NCBI RefSeq assembly: GCF_001447785.1
Contig: NW_015167580.1
Location: 396,687 to 460,198, forward strand
DNA from: Gekko japonicus
Taxonomy: Eukaryota
DNA: 63,512 bases
Reading direction: 5' to 3'
Every line of letters starts with the position of its first letter. Position 1 is the first letter of the stretch. The position numbers were made by a program, and so were the translations under genes. Positions 25,839 through 38,162 of this stretch are shown here, in pieces. The notes below the pieces were generated by a model, which did no database searches, was not told where the DNA came from, and saw only the letters and a program-made list of their open reading frames with translations.

Positions 25839-25957
25839 GGCTGTGACCACACACGCTAAATAATCCACTTTCAGTGCACTTTCCAACTGGATTTTTACTG
25901 TGTGAACTGGCAAAATCTAGTTGGAAAGTGGATTATTTAGTGTGTGTGACCACAGCC
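25839..25957. mobile_element. Short palindromic Harbinger-like MITE upstream of V6
   Basis: Same family as 18303. TSD TAA; empty site ATCTAAGACAG in the V7 upstream paralog near 29086. Confidence 0.88.
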
Positions 25958-26185
25958 TAAGACAGACTCTTCTGCGGCTGGGGAAAATTTTACTCACTCT
26001 AGAATGAAGCATCTTGACTTTAACTACACCTATAATCATTAGAGCCAATCAGATTAAACATGACTAACAGGAAGGCGGAGCACAAATGCAAAGAGGAGAG
26101 ATATAAAGGGACAGTATTGCTAAGACTTCCCACATTTCTCTTTCTTTTGTTTCCTTTCCTCATTGGATTACCCAATCAATTCATC

Positions 26186-26664
26186 ATGTTCCAGTCTCCC
26201 CTTCTCATTCTGCTAGTGTTGTGGTGCACAGGTGAGAGCAGGTCAAATACACACTGAAATTCCAGTTGAGAGCAGTGGACCTGACAAGCAAAGTGTGCCA
26301 AACATTTTCTGCCACATTCTCTTTTCCAGGTTCATATTCTCAGCCTGTGCTGACTCAGCCATCATCAGCATCGGTGTCACCAGGGAACACAACAAAACTC
26401 CCCTGTGTCATGAGCAGCGGATCCAGCATCAGTGTCTATGGTGTATACTGGTACCAGCAGAAACCTGGGAATCCTCCAAGATACCTCTTATATTATGATT
26501 CTGATTCCAGCAAGCACCAGGGCTCGGGGGTCCCTTCTCGTTTCTCTGCTTCCAAAGACACATCTTCAAACACGTGCCATTTAACCATCATGGGAGCCCA
26601 GGAAGAAGATGAGACTGATTATTACTGTGCTGTAGCTTATAGCAGTGGTAGCAGCTGGAGGTAA
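26186..26664 (+). CDS. IGLV segment V6, apparently functional
   Basis: Leader 26186-26231 ([16 protein letters not shown]), intron 26232-26329, V ends [22 protein letters not shown] 26666-26672 / 23 / ACAAAATCT 26696-26704. Confidence 0.91.
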
Positions 26665-27298
26665 ACACAGTGATACAATCATATGGGGAAATGAGACAAA
26701 ATCTTCTTCCTGTGCTTGGCTTTGAACAGTCGAGTTTTGCAAGATACAGTTTTGTGCTTAAGAGGCTAAGTTGAGACCTGGCAGGTTGAAGATTCAACAT
26801 GATCTCTGCTGCATCCTCATGGAGTGATCTTGGGCAAGACACTATTTCTCATCCTCAGTTCCCATCTGCAAGTTGGGACAACAATATTGGCTTACTTTAT
26901 GCGGCATTTTGAATACATTTTAACCATTTGCTTAAAAAGACATGAAGTACATAAAATTAAATATATAATTCACTGAATATATCATTCTTGTGATGTTGAA
27001 TGGATTGATTCATGCATTTCATGTAGTTTTTTAAATTTTATTTTCATCCTTTATAGTCCACCATTCTCACTGAGACTTAAGGCAGATAAGACAACGTAAC
27101 TCACTGGGGCCTGCTGAGTTGGAATACTGTCCTACAGATGAAATGATTGCAGATGTACTCACCAAGCCACTTTCACGAGAAATGTTTGAAAGTCTACATA
27201 AGAAGACAACTGTCTTCTTGATTGTTTGAAACACACATTTCATCTGAACATAATGATGAATGCCTTTGAGAGGTATGGTTTTCTCAATTCCCTTTCCC

Positions 27299-27765
27299 CA
27301 GGGGTCGTTTCATAGAAAAAGAGCTAGGGGAACTCATTAGCATAACTCATTAGCATATGCCACACCCCCTGACATCACCGGAAGTGTGTCATAAGGCCAC
27401 ACCCCCTGACATCACCGGAAGTGTGTCATAAGGCCACACACCCCGCCCCCAACAGTCCCGGCCGCCACCGGCGGCCTTGCAGCTCCACTGCCGAGTCCCA
27501 TGAGGGGCCCGGCGGTGTACCTGCAAGGCCAGCGGGAGTGCAAGGAAGCCCCGCGAAGGCCCTCCTTGGCCCCAGGCAGGCAGGGGTGGGGAGAGGCAGG
27601 GAGGAAGCAACTTACCCTCCCTCTTCTCCTGCCTCCTCCTGGCTGAATGAGGGCTGGAAGCGGGGCGGCCGGAAGCGGGGGGCAGGGCTTCGTCATGTGC
27701 CCCGCCCCCCAGTACCTCACCCGGGGGAACTGCGATCCCCCATGATCCCCCCAAAATGACCTCTG
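27299..27765. mobile_element. hAT MITE (family B), opposite orientation
   Basis: CAGGGGTCGTTT / AAATGACCTCTG, 8-bp TSD CCTTTCCC, internal ~35-bp tandem repeat. Confidence 0.88.
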
Positions 27766-29317
27766 CCTTTCCCACTCTATTATATGCAAATCTATACAAA
27801 GTAACCCACTTTTCTCCTGAGATTAATTTGAGAATTGCAACTTGGTTCCGCCTTCTTGTTCTTGAGTGGGGATCAGCATTCTGTGCTTCACTCCTGAGAA
27901 TTCAGAGAAAGAAGATGATAATCTTGTTTCTGACCACTCTTGATTTTACGTGAGAGTTCAAAAGGGCATGAAAGAATAACGGATCTGCTAGAATCTCTAC
28001 TCATGACAACTGAAATACTTGCTAATGCAGGACTGAGAGCCACCAGGCAGCTACCAATTATGATCAAGTCACTATTTAGGGTTGCGAACTCTGAGCTGGG
28101 AAATTCCTGGAGATTTAGGGGTGGAGAGTGGGAAAGGCAGAGTTTGGGGAGGGAGCTCAGTGGGATATAATAGCATAGACTCCATCCTCCAAAGCAGCTG
28201 TTCTTTTCAGAGGAATTGATCCGTGTAGTCTGGAGATCAGTTGCAATTCCAGGAGATCTCCAGGGGGCCCCAGTGTGACTCCCGCCCTCAATAGAATGGC
28301 CTGCCTGATGAGGCAAGAAAGGCTCCCAACCTTCTATTATTTTGCAGAATGTGAAAAAAGGAACAGTCAGGAAGGAATTTGCACAGAGGAAATAGGGATG
28401 TAGTAAAATGGAATTCTTTCACTATATAGGCAGGGTGGACTGGGAGGCCAAAAGGGCCCTGGAAAAGGGCAATGCCTCCTGCTCCACCCTCATCACCACC
28501 TTCCAAAGAGGGGGCAAGGAGGGAGGAAGAGGGCCAGCCCCTGCTTCCAAAGCTCAGGGGAAGAAAGAAGCAGGCTCACTGCAGCTTGCCCCAACTACCT
28601 TGTGTCACATTTGTGGCCACACTTTGCCTTCCTTGCACTGGGTGGAGGTTGGTGGCTTGCAACAGCTGCCACCCATATTATGTAGGGCCATTAGCCCACT
28701 GGGAAGGGTCTTTTTGTGAGCTGGCCTGGGGTGGATTGAATTGAATTCCCCAGAAGCGGGGGAACCCCTGCCCAGACCTGGGGGCTGGCAACCCTGCCAC
28801 GCCATAATATGGAAGGTCACAATTATGCAGAATAATTTAATGCAGCTCTTCTGCCCATTAACTCCTTACCCTACCCCTACTCAAATTGGCACAAATGTGA
28901 ATATTTCATTCCTTTCTGAAAAAGAGATTCCTTCACATCCAGAATTATCTGTACACGATTCTGTTAATCCATATCACTTGACACTGATTTATAAGATGTC
29001 ATATATGTTGGGGTCCCACATGTCCTTTCCCCCCAATTAAGAGTGATTTTAATAAAACCAAGAACACAACCCCAGCTTGTAGCATATCTAAGACAGAGCT
29101 CTTCTGAGGCCAGGGGGACATTTTACTCACTCAAGAATGGAACATTTTGCCTTTAAATACACCCATCATCCTTAGAGCCAATCAGATTACACACATGATT
29201 AACAAGAAGGCGGAGCACAACTGCAAAGAGGGAAGATATAAAGGTTCGTTGTTATAAAGACTTCCAATGTAATCTGTTTTGTTTTTTTTCCTCATTGAAT
29301 CTCCTGATCAGTTCATC

Positions 29318-29794
29318 ATGTTCTGGCCTCCCATTCTCAGCCTTCTAGTGTTGTGGTGCTCAGGTGAGAGCAGGTCAGATACACACAGAAATTCCTGCTA
29401 AGGTGAGGACAGGTGATGCAGAGTCAGTGCAACTATTTCTACCATTTTCTTTTTTGCAGGTTCCAACTCTCAGCCTGTTCTGACTCAGCCACCATCAGTG
29501 GCAGTGGCACCAGGGAACACAGCAACACTCTCCTGTGTTCTGAGCAGAGCGTTCAGCATCAGTGGCCAGTACATATATTGGTACCAGCAGACGCCTGAGA
29601 ACCCCCCACGATTCCTTGTACGATATTATTCAGACTCCAATGTGCTTCAGGGCTCCAGAGTCCCCTCTCGTTTCTCTGGGTCCAAAGACGCGTCTGCAAA
29701 CACAGCCTATTTAACCATCACGGGATCCCTGGCAGAAGATGAGGCTGATTATTACTGTCTTACAGCTTATGGCACTGGTGGTGGCTGGAGGTAA
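29318..29794 (+). CDS. IGLV segment V7, apparently functional
   Basis: Leader 29318-29363, intron 29364-29459, V ends CLTAYGTGGGWR*. RSS CACGGTG 29796-29802 / 23 / ACAAAACCT 29826-29834. Confidence 0.91.
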
Positions 29795-30314
29795 ACACGG
29801 TGATACAGTCAAATGGGGAACTGAGACAAAACCTCCCCCCTGAGTTGGATCTGAACAGCCGAATTTTGAAAGGTACACCTTGGCTTAAGAGAGTAAGCTG
29901 AGGTCTCGCAGGTTGGAGGTCCAGTCTCATCCTTGCTGCATAGTTGTGGAGCCGCTCTTTCTCAAAATTATTTTTTCCCATCTGCAATATGGGACTAATA
30001 ATAATATTGGGCAACCATGTGTGCTGAGGCATTTTAAATACATACATACATACATTAATCAATTTAAAAACATTGTTCATTGAATATATCATAGTTGTAA
30101 TGTTGATTCATGCCTTTCTTGTAATTTTTATTTTATTTTAATGATTTATAGTCCACCTTTCTCACTGAGACTCAAGGCAGATTAGACAATGCACATCATT
30201 GCAATCAAGAGGATGAGGCATTCAACAAGCCACTTAGTAGGACTGGGATTGCAGAAATACGAAACAAAGCAGAAATCTGAACAAAGCGTAAGTATTAAGA
30301 ATGACATGCTCAGC

Positions 30315-30603
30315 AGAAGAAGAGAAGAAGAGATTGGATTTATACCCCACCTCTCACTACCCAAAGGAGTCTCAGAGCGGCTTACAAACTCCTTTCCCTT
30401 CCCCTCCCCACAACAGACACCCTATGAGGTGGGTGGGGCTGAGAGAGCTTTGACAGAAACTGCTCTTTTTTCAAGCACAGCTCTGACAGAACTATGGCTT
30501 GCCCAAGGTCACCCAGCCAGGTGCAAGTGGAGGAGTGGGGCATCAAACCCGGTTCTCCCAGGTTAGAGTCCGTGCACTTAACCACTACACCAAACTGGCT
30601 CTC
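30315..30603 (-). mobile_element. Squam3-like SINE
   Basis: Near-identical to the 19393 copy. Confidence 0.75.
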
Positions 30604-32723
30604 AAGTTACTTAATTTGCTATAATGCTGCTTAAAACAGCAGCAAATGATATTGCTTAAGTAGAAACACAATGCACTGAGAACAGGGGAATGCATACAGC
30701 AACAGATAATACTTACCATAAACAGTAAAGGGCAGATGGGCAGGGCCTTTTGCAGGTGCCACCCTGCAAATGGGCAAGATTAACACCTACCCCTGTGCAT
30801 AAATTCTTCTGTTTGGGTCCATTACTTTGTGGAATGGCCTGTCTGAAGGGGTCAGGATGGAAGGCCGCCACACTTCTGTCATTCCACTATATAAAGCAGA
30901 ACTGTTCAGGAGATAATTTTTATAAAGGCAATAGGGTCATACTATAACAAAATGGTTCAGGGAGGCATTTTTGTAAAAGGAATGGGACTGCAAACTAAGC
31001 CACAGTGCATATTATCTGTTTGCTGTATGCATATTTTACTCTCGTTACTTTCTTTTTATACTTACGCAGTACTCGACCTCACTGGGGGACACGTATCTGA
31101 CCTGGTTTCACCACAATGAGGGACCTGTGGCCAGCCCAGCCTTGCCTCAGCAAGGGATTTCTGTCTGGCTTGGCCTTGCTGTGGTGAGGGATCCAAACTG
31201 GGCAAATCCTACTCATTGCTGGCTGGCTATGTTCTCTTTCCCTCCCTTTGGGAGAGGGGAGGCAAGCTAGGGGTATGTGGGGCATGCTGGGGCGATGTGA
31301 CCATTTTTCAGGGCCATACCCCCCTCCCCAATGCGCCCTTGAAGAGAACTCATATGAGGGTCTCTGGTTGAGAGCAGTTTCTTTGCTCAGATTTATGCCA
31401 ATAATTCTATTGGAGAATATGCCCTGAAGGGAATCCTCACTACTAAATATCTCTAAAAACTGTCTAGAGTAGAGAAACTGTGTACAAGCTCTCTAAAATA
31501 AATTAATTAAATATTTTTTAAAAAATGTGGTTAGCCTTTTGGAAAACATTTGCTATGAAGTTGAAATCATGGTATTATCATGGCACTGGCAGTTACGACC
31601 ACTAGAGGATGTCCTTGATGTATCATGCTGAATACCATCAAATTTGCTTTCTCTAGTCAAGCAAGGAAATGAAGTAGCGCAGATGATACATGATGTTCCA
31701 GCTCAATGCTTCTCTCTCTCTCTCTGTCTCTCTTGGCAGAGGTGCATAAACTGACACGGACTCTCAGGCCACAAATTGTTTCAGCATTGGAGAAGGGGAG
31801 TACACAGACTTCAGCAATTTACTGTACAATCTTAGAACACTTTCATGGGGTCAAGCCCTGTCAAATAGACCTGACTAGGGTTCTGAGTAGACTTGCTTCA
31901 GATTGCTCTCTTTAAAAAGGAAAGTGATGTACCTGGCATGTTGTTGCAAGGATAGGCAGATAGGTGCATCTAGAGCAGGGGTCTTCATCTCCAGACATCT
32001 GTCATTTACACCAGTCTCACAGTAACTGTGTCCTTTTTTTCCTAACAAAGCAGTACAAACCCATGAGGGATTTTAATCAATGGTACTGGTTGATGGTGCC
32101 CCATAAGGGGCCAGAGACCTTCCTGAAACACCCACCTTCTAGAAAGCATGGAAAAAGGTATAAAAAGGGACTCCCCATCTTGCAGTTGATTTGATTATTT
32201 CCAGCCATCAAATACAGTATTACGAGTGAAAAAGGGATTTCAAGATGTACTCATTATTTTGCTCACAATATTTAATTCATGTACATTAATAGAAGCCAAC
32301 TACAAAGGCCTTTAGTATGTGTGGTACATAGCAGGTTGGATACTCTGTATCCATTTCATTATCAGATGGGATTTCCTTCAGCAGAAGGAGCTGTCCCCTG
32401 AAATACGGTGCTCATCATACATTTGGTGCATGTTATATCCCTCCCCAGGAAAGAAGGATTGAAACAAAACAACCCAACCCCAACCTACCATCATTCAAAG
32501 ACACAACCCTTTTGTGGTGAGGGCGAAGCATCACTCACTCAAGAATGGCCCAACTGGCCTTTAAGTGTCCCCTTTCATCACTAGGGCCAATCAAATTACC
32601 CATGACTAACAGGAAGGCGGAGCACAGATGCAAAGAGGAGAGATATAAGGGGGCATTATTGTTAAGACTTCCTATATCATCTCTTTTGTTTCCTCTCCTC
32701 ATTGCATCAACAAGCCCATCATC

Positions 32724-33201
32724 ATGTTCTGGCCTCCCGTCCTCAGCCTTCTAGTGCTGTGGTGCACAGGTAAGAGAAGATCAAATGCACACTCAAATTC
32801 CTGTTGAGATGAATGCAGCTGATAAGCAAGTGGGCCTGACAATTTCTGCAATATTCTTTTTTCCAGGTTCAGATTCTCAGCCTGTGTTGACTCAACCTCC
32901 ATCAACATCAGTGTCACCAGGGAGCACAGTGATGCTCTCCTGTGCCATGGGCAGTGGGTTCAGCATCAGTGGCTACTATGTGTACTGGTATCAGCAGAAG
33001 CCTGGGAATCCCCCAAGATACCTCTTGTATTATAAGTCAGATTCCAGCAAGGGCCAGGGCTCTGGGGTCCCCTCTCGTTTCTCTGGGTCCAAAGACACGT
33101 CTGCAAACACTGGCTATTTAACCATCACAGGAATCCAGGCAGAAGATGAGGCTGATTATTATTGTGGTACAGAGCATGGCAGTGGTAGCAGCTGGAGGTA
33201 A
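32724..33201 (+). CDS. IGLV segment V8, apparently functional
   Basis: Leader 32724-32769, intron 32770-32866, V ends [22 protein letters not shown] 33203-33209 / 23 / ACAAAATCT 33233-33241. Confidence 0.92.
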
Positions 33202-33517
33202 ACACAATGATACAGTCAAATAGGGAACTGAAACAAAATCTTCTGCCTGTCTTTTATTCTGAAGAGCAGAGAGCTTTGCAAGAGGTAGCTTAAGAGGCTG
33301 ACCTGAGGTCTGGCAGGTTGGGTGTTCAGTCTCATCGTTGCCACATCCTCATGGAGTGATCTTAGGCAAGCTGCTCTTTCTCATCCTCATCTTTCCATCT
33401 GCAATTTGGGACCACCTTACACAGCTGAAGCATTCTAAATACATGTTACCCATTTGCTTAAAAAGACATAAAGTACATAAAATTAAACATATCATTCACT
33501 GAATATATCGATCTTGT

Positions 33518-34075
33518 ACATAAGAACATAAGAGACGCCAGTGTTGGATCAGGCCAAAGGCCCATCCAGCAACACTCTGTGTCACACAGTGGCCAGAAAT
33601 CCCAGTGCCATCAGGAGGTCCACCAGTGGGGCCAGGATATTAGAAGCCCTCCCACTGTTGACCCCCCCCCCCCAAGCACCAAGAAGACAGAGGATCACTT
33701 GCCCCAGAGCCCCTATCTGTACCTTGTGGCTAATAGCCACTGATGGACCTCTGCTCCATATGCTTATCTAATTCCCTTTTGAAGCCGTCCATGCTTGTAG
33801 CCACCACCACTTTCTGTGGCAGTGAATTCCATGTGTTAATCACTCTTTGGGTGAAGAAGTACTTCCTTTTATCCGTTCTAACCCAACCGCTTAGCAATTT
33901 CATGGAGTGCCCACGAGTTCTTGTATTGTGAGAAAGGGAGAAAAGTACCTCGTTCTCTACCTGCTCTATCCCATGCATAATCTTATAAACCTCAATCATG
34001 TCACCCCCCAGTCATCGTTTCTCCAAGCTAAAGAGCCCTAAGCACTTTAACCTTTCCTCATAGGGAAAGTGTTCC
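33518..34075 (-). mobile_element. CR1 LINE 3' end
   Basis: ORF2 C-terminus MIEVYKIMHG..FSLSHNTRTRGHSMKL..RKYFFTQRVINTWNSLP. Confidence 0.9.
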
Positions 34076-35895
34076 CTATGAGTGTTGTTGGAAAGTGTTG
34101 TGATGTTAAATGGATTAATTAATGCTGTTTGTGTAGTTTTATTTTATTTACATTATTTATAGTCCACTGTTCTCACTGAGACTCAAGGCAGATCACACAA
34201 TGTAATTCAATGCAATGAATAGGATAAGGTCGCTATTAAGTAATGTAATAGGGCTGGGATTGCAAAAATCTGAAGCAGAGCTCTTGTCCGAACCAGGCAT
34301 AAGTATAAAGCATTTTTAAGGACTGAGATTGATATTTGCTTTATGGATTTATGTTTGCTGCTACACACACACAAATAGACTGTGCTCACACACACACTAG
34401 ACTCAGAAAGATGTACAAATCACCTGTTGTGATACTACACATAGAAGGTGCCGGCATATGCCTTACATGTTTATAAGGTTTCAGATACACAGCATCAGCC
34501 TGGTGAGAAAGCACACATCTCCATTGTTGTCAGCAAAACAGCAACTCAAAGAAGAAGCAGCCCCCATTGCTAAACTGCCTGCAGTCACGTATTCTGCATC
34601 TCTGCTTTATTTTACATTGGCATTCCCTACTAGATGGACCTTTTTTCACCAGAGAATGGCCAGCTTCATCTGCACTTAAAGGAGGTTCCTTGACGCCAAG
34701 TTTCACACTTGCCCAGATGCCATCCTTTGAGTTAGATCTTAAGTCACAATATTGCCCAACCCTCTAGGTTGCCACCCCTCACTACATGCAACCAATAGGA
34801 TTAGTTTTGGGACCGACTAACAGGTAGGTGGGTCCACAGGTTGGCACAGTTGCCACCCACCCAAAGATCCACTTATAAAAGGTAAGGACCAGTCGCCTGG
34901 CCCTTGCTAGCCACAATCCCCCCCAATCCCCCCTGTCTGCTTTAACTTCCCTTTTGTCAAGCTTGCTATACCCCAAACCCTTGCCTCTACTTGATCTCTT
35001 GGTCTGCAGCCAGGAGACCCACACAAGCTGGCTGGTTCTAGCTGTGTGTTAAACTTCCCTAGAATTCTATTTTCTGCCCCTCCATTCTTCATTGGAATGA
35101 ACAAGCTTCAGGACAGATAAGTATCACCCTTCATCATCATACCTGCTAATGCAAAACTGACTATTCTTAATACTGTATTTCTAAGAAACTTGCTTGAATG
35201 TGTGCGTGTATCAGTATTGTTTGTATGTGATTTATATTTTCTTAAGTAAAAGACAGTTATATTAAGAACACCAGCCTCGACTCCTTTCACTGGTAATCCT
35301 TTGGTGGGAACAGGACCTTGGTATAGTTGGCAAGCACCCAGATTAAATTCTGCCAATTGCTGTAGATAAAGCAATTCGACTAACAGCATGTCATGTGAAA
35401 CCAGTAGTAAATAGGATTACATATGCAGAAATAAAATGCACTGAGAATTTGATCATGCATACAGCAACAGATAACATATACCAGAAATAGTAGTGAAGTC
35501 CAGATGAACTTCCCTCATCTGAGCAGAGCCTTAAAAAGGTAGAAACATGGAGCTGGAAGGGACCACAAGAGTCACTTAGTCCAACCCCCTGCACAGTGCA
35601 GGAAATCCAAAGCTACCTTTCTCTCCACTCCCCCAGTGACCCCTTTTCTATGCCCAGAGGAAAGCAGAAAACTTCCAGGAACTATGGGCCAGTCTGGCCT
35701 GGAGAAAAAAAATTTATCCTGACACCAAAGGATGATCAGCATTACCCTAGACATATAAGAAAGGTCTATGAGAGTTAAACAGTGACTCATCCCTTCCCAC
35801 CCTCACAATCTGCCTAAATTCATAGTGCTTAATAGAATCAGCATTTCTGTCAGATGATCATCTAGCCTCACCTTAAAAATGCCCAAAGAAGGTTA

Positions 35896-36995
35896 AAAAC
35901 ATAAGAATAGCCCTGCTGGATCAGACCAGTAGTCCATCTAGTCCAGCATCCTATCTCACACAGTGGCCAACCAGTAACTCTGGAGGGCCAACAACAGGGC
36001 ATAGAGGCTGAGGCCTTCCCCTGATGTTTGCCTCCTGGCGCTGGGATTCAGAGGTTTAGTGACTCTGAATGTGGAGGTTCCCCTCAGGCACCATGGCTAG
36101 TAGCCACTGATAAGACTTATCCTCCATGAATCTATCTAAGCCCCTTTTGAACCTGTTTATTCCTGTGGCCATCACTACATAACAGGAAATTCCACAGTTT
36201 AATCACTCTCTGTGTAAAGTAGTATTTCCTTTTGTCCATCATAAGACTACTGCCCACCAGCATCATTGGATGCCCTTGAGTTTTAGTAATTTGGGAGAGG
36301 GAGAGAAATATCTCTTTGTCAACTTTCTCCACCCCTTGCATAGTTTTATAAACCTCTGTCAAGTACCTCCTTAGTCATCTCTTTTCTAAATTGAAAAGCC
36401 TCAGACTCTTCAGCCTTTCCTCAGAGGGGAGATGCTCCAAACCCCCTAATCATCTTGGTTGCCCTCCTCTGTGCTTTCCCCCCAGCTCTGCAATCTCCTT
36501 TTGGAGATACAGTGACCAGAACTATACACAGTATTCCAAATGAGGCCACACCATCGATCTCTAACGAGTCGTTAAAATATAAGCCATTTTATTCGCAGTC
36601 CCTTTCCTAATAATCCCTAACATAGAGTTTGCCTTTTAAATTGCTGCCGCATGCTGGGCTGACACTTTCATTGAGCTATCCACTACAACCCCAAGATCTT
36701 TTCCCCTCTCAGTCTCAGCAGGTTCAAACCCCACTAGCCTATACTTGAAGTTGGGATTTTTTTTTGGTCCCAATGTGCATCACCTTACACTTACCAACAC
36801 TGAACTTCATTTGCCACATTGTTGTCCACTGACCCAGTTTGTGAAGGTCCTCTTGGAGCTCTTCACAGTCAGCCTTGGTTTTCACCATCCTGAATAATTT
36901 GGTGTCAGCTGTAAACTTGGCCACTACACTACTCAGCCCTAGTTCCAGACCACTCATGAATAAACTAAATAGTATCGGCCCCAGTACTGATCCTC
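35896..36995 (-). mobile_element. CR1 LINE fragment (RT C-terminal half)
   Basis: VAKF(T)ADTKLF..LQEDL..W...WQMKFSVGKCKVMHIG and EVYKTMQG..RKYYFTQRVIKLWN. Confidence 0.9.
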
Positions 36996-37501
36996 ATAGA
37001 TAGGTTTTTCAGATCCAGGCTGGGACACTCCTGGAGATTTGTGGTTGGAGGACAGAGACCTCTGTAGGGTACAGTGCCATAGCATCCACCTTCCCAAGCA
37101 TCCATTATCTCCAGGGAAACTGATCTCTGTAGTCTGGAGTTGAATGTTAATTCCAGGGGATCCCAAGGTCCCACCTGGGGGCTGGCATCCCTACCCATGG
37201 AAAAGAACTTAGAAGATGGATTTGGGGCTTGAGCAGTTTCTTCACTCAGAATTGTGCAAAGATTTCTGTTGGAGTTTTTCAGGGAATCTTCAGCACTAAA
37301 CATCTCTAAAAGCTGCCTAGAGTGGGGAACCAGTATATACATATTTTAATGACCTAAATGGAATGTGAGCGGCCAGGCCCGAAATCACAAGTGATGGAGT
37401 TGAGCTGTCATCGCTCTTAAATCATCCTGTCATCTGCAATTAGGACCACTAGGTGGTGCCTTTGATCTATAAATACTGAAGATGATCAAAAAGCTTTCTG
37501 A

Positions 37502-38162
37502 GGTCCCTGTCACACTGGCCAGAGAACACGCGGGGGGGGGGTGGAGGCATGGCTTTTCACTCCACCGCACTTGTGACCCAGCCGAACGCGATCAGACGCG
37601 ACGGCAGGGAATCGGGGGTAGCATTTTGTCTGTGCACAATTCCGGTGCGCTTCATGCGGCGCTGGAGTGATCAGACAGAGGACGACCATCTGTGGCCCAT
37701 CGCAAGCGGATAATACTGGTGTTTCTGCAGTAGCTTTGAACTACGAATCTTCGGTGGGATGCGATGGCTTGCCAACAGGTGTGCGACACTTGCCAGATGT
37801 GCTGGTGTGATCACACCCGTTAAATCAACTCGGCATCCATGAGCAGGCCTGTAGCTACAGTGAGGCATTTTGGGGCCTGGCCCCCTGACTTTCTGCCAAG
37901 GCCCCCTGACTTCCATCCAGCACCCAGGCCCCCTGACTCTCTGGGCCCCCCGGAGGACTCCCCACCCCCGCCCCTTCCTCAAGCGTGGCTTGCTTCCCCA
38001 TGTAGGCAAGCAGAGTGCAAACAATGCAAAAGTTAGTTTTAAAATTTTTATTTTGGGACGTTAGTGCCCCCTGACTTATTTAAAAGCCCCCTGAATGACA
38101 AAATCCTGGCTACGGGCCTGTCCATGAGTATCCCGCGGCAACTTCTGTGTATGATCAGAGCT
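37502..38162. mobile_element. Harbinger-like MITE with a nested hAT MITE (37844-38120)
   Basis: Outer TSD TGA, empty site near 61968. Inner TIR CAGGCC(T/C)GTAGC with 8-bp TSD TCCATGAG. Confidence 0.75.

Noticed and set aside
27357-27440. CRISPR-like direct repeats
   Set aside because: A tandem repeat without spacers inside a hAT MITE in vertebrate DNA.
34769-35333. Possible second solo LTR (TGCCA...TGGCA, CCAAT, TATAAAA)
   Set aside because: No TSD or empty paralogous site could be verified by eye.
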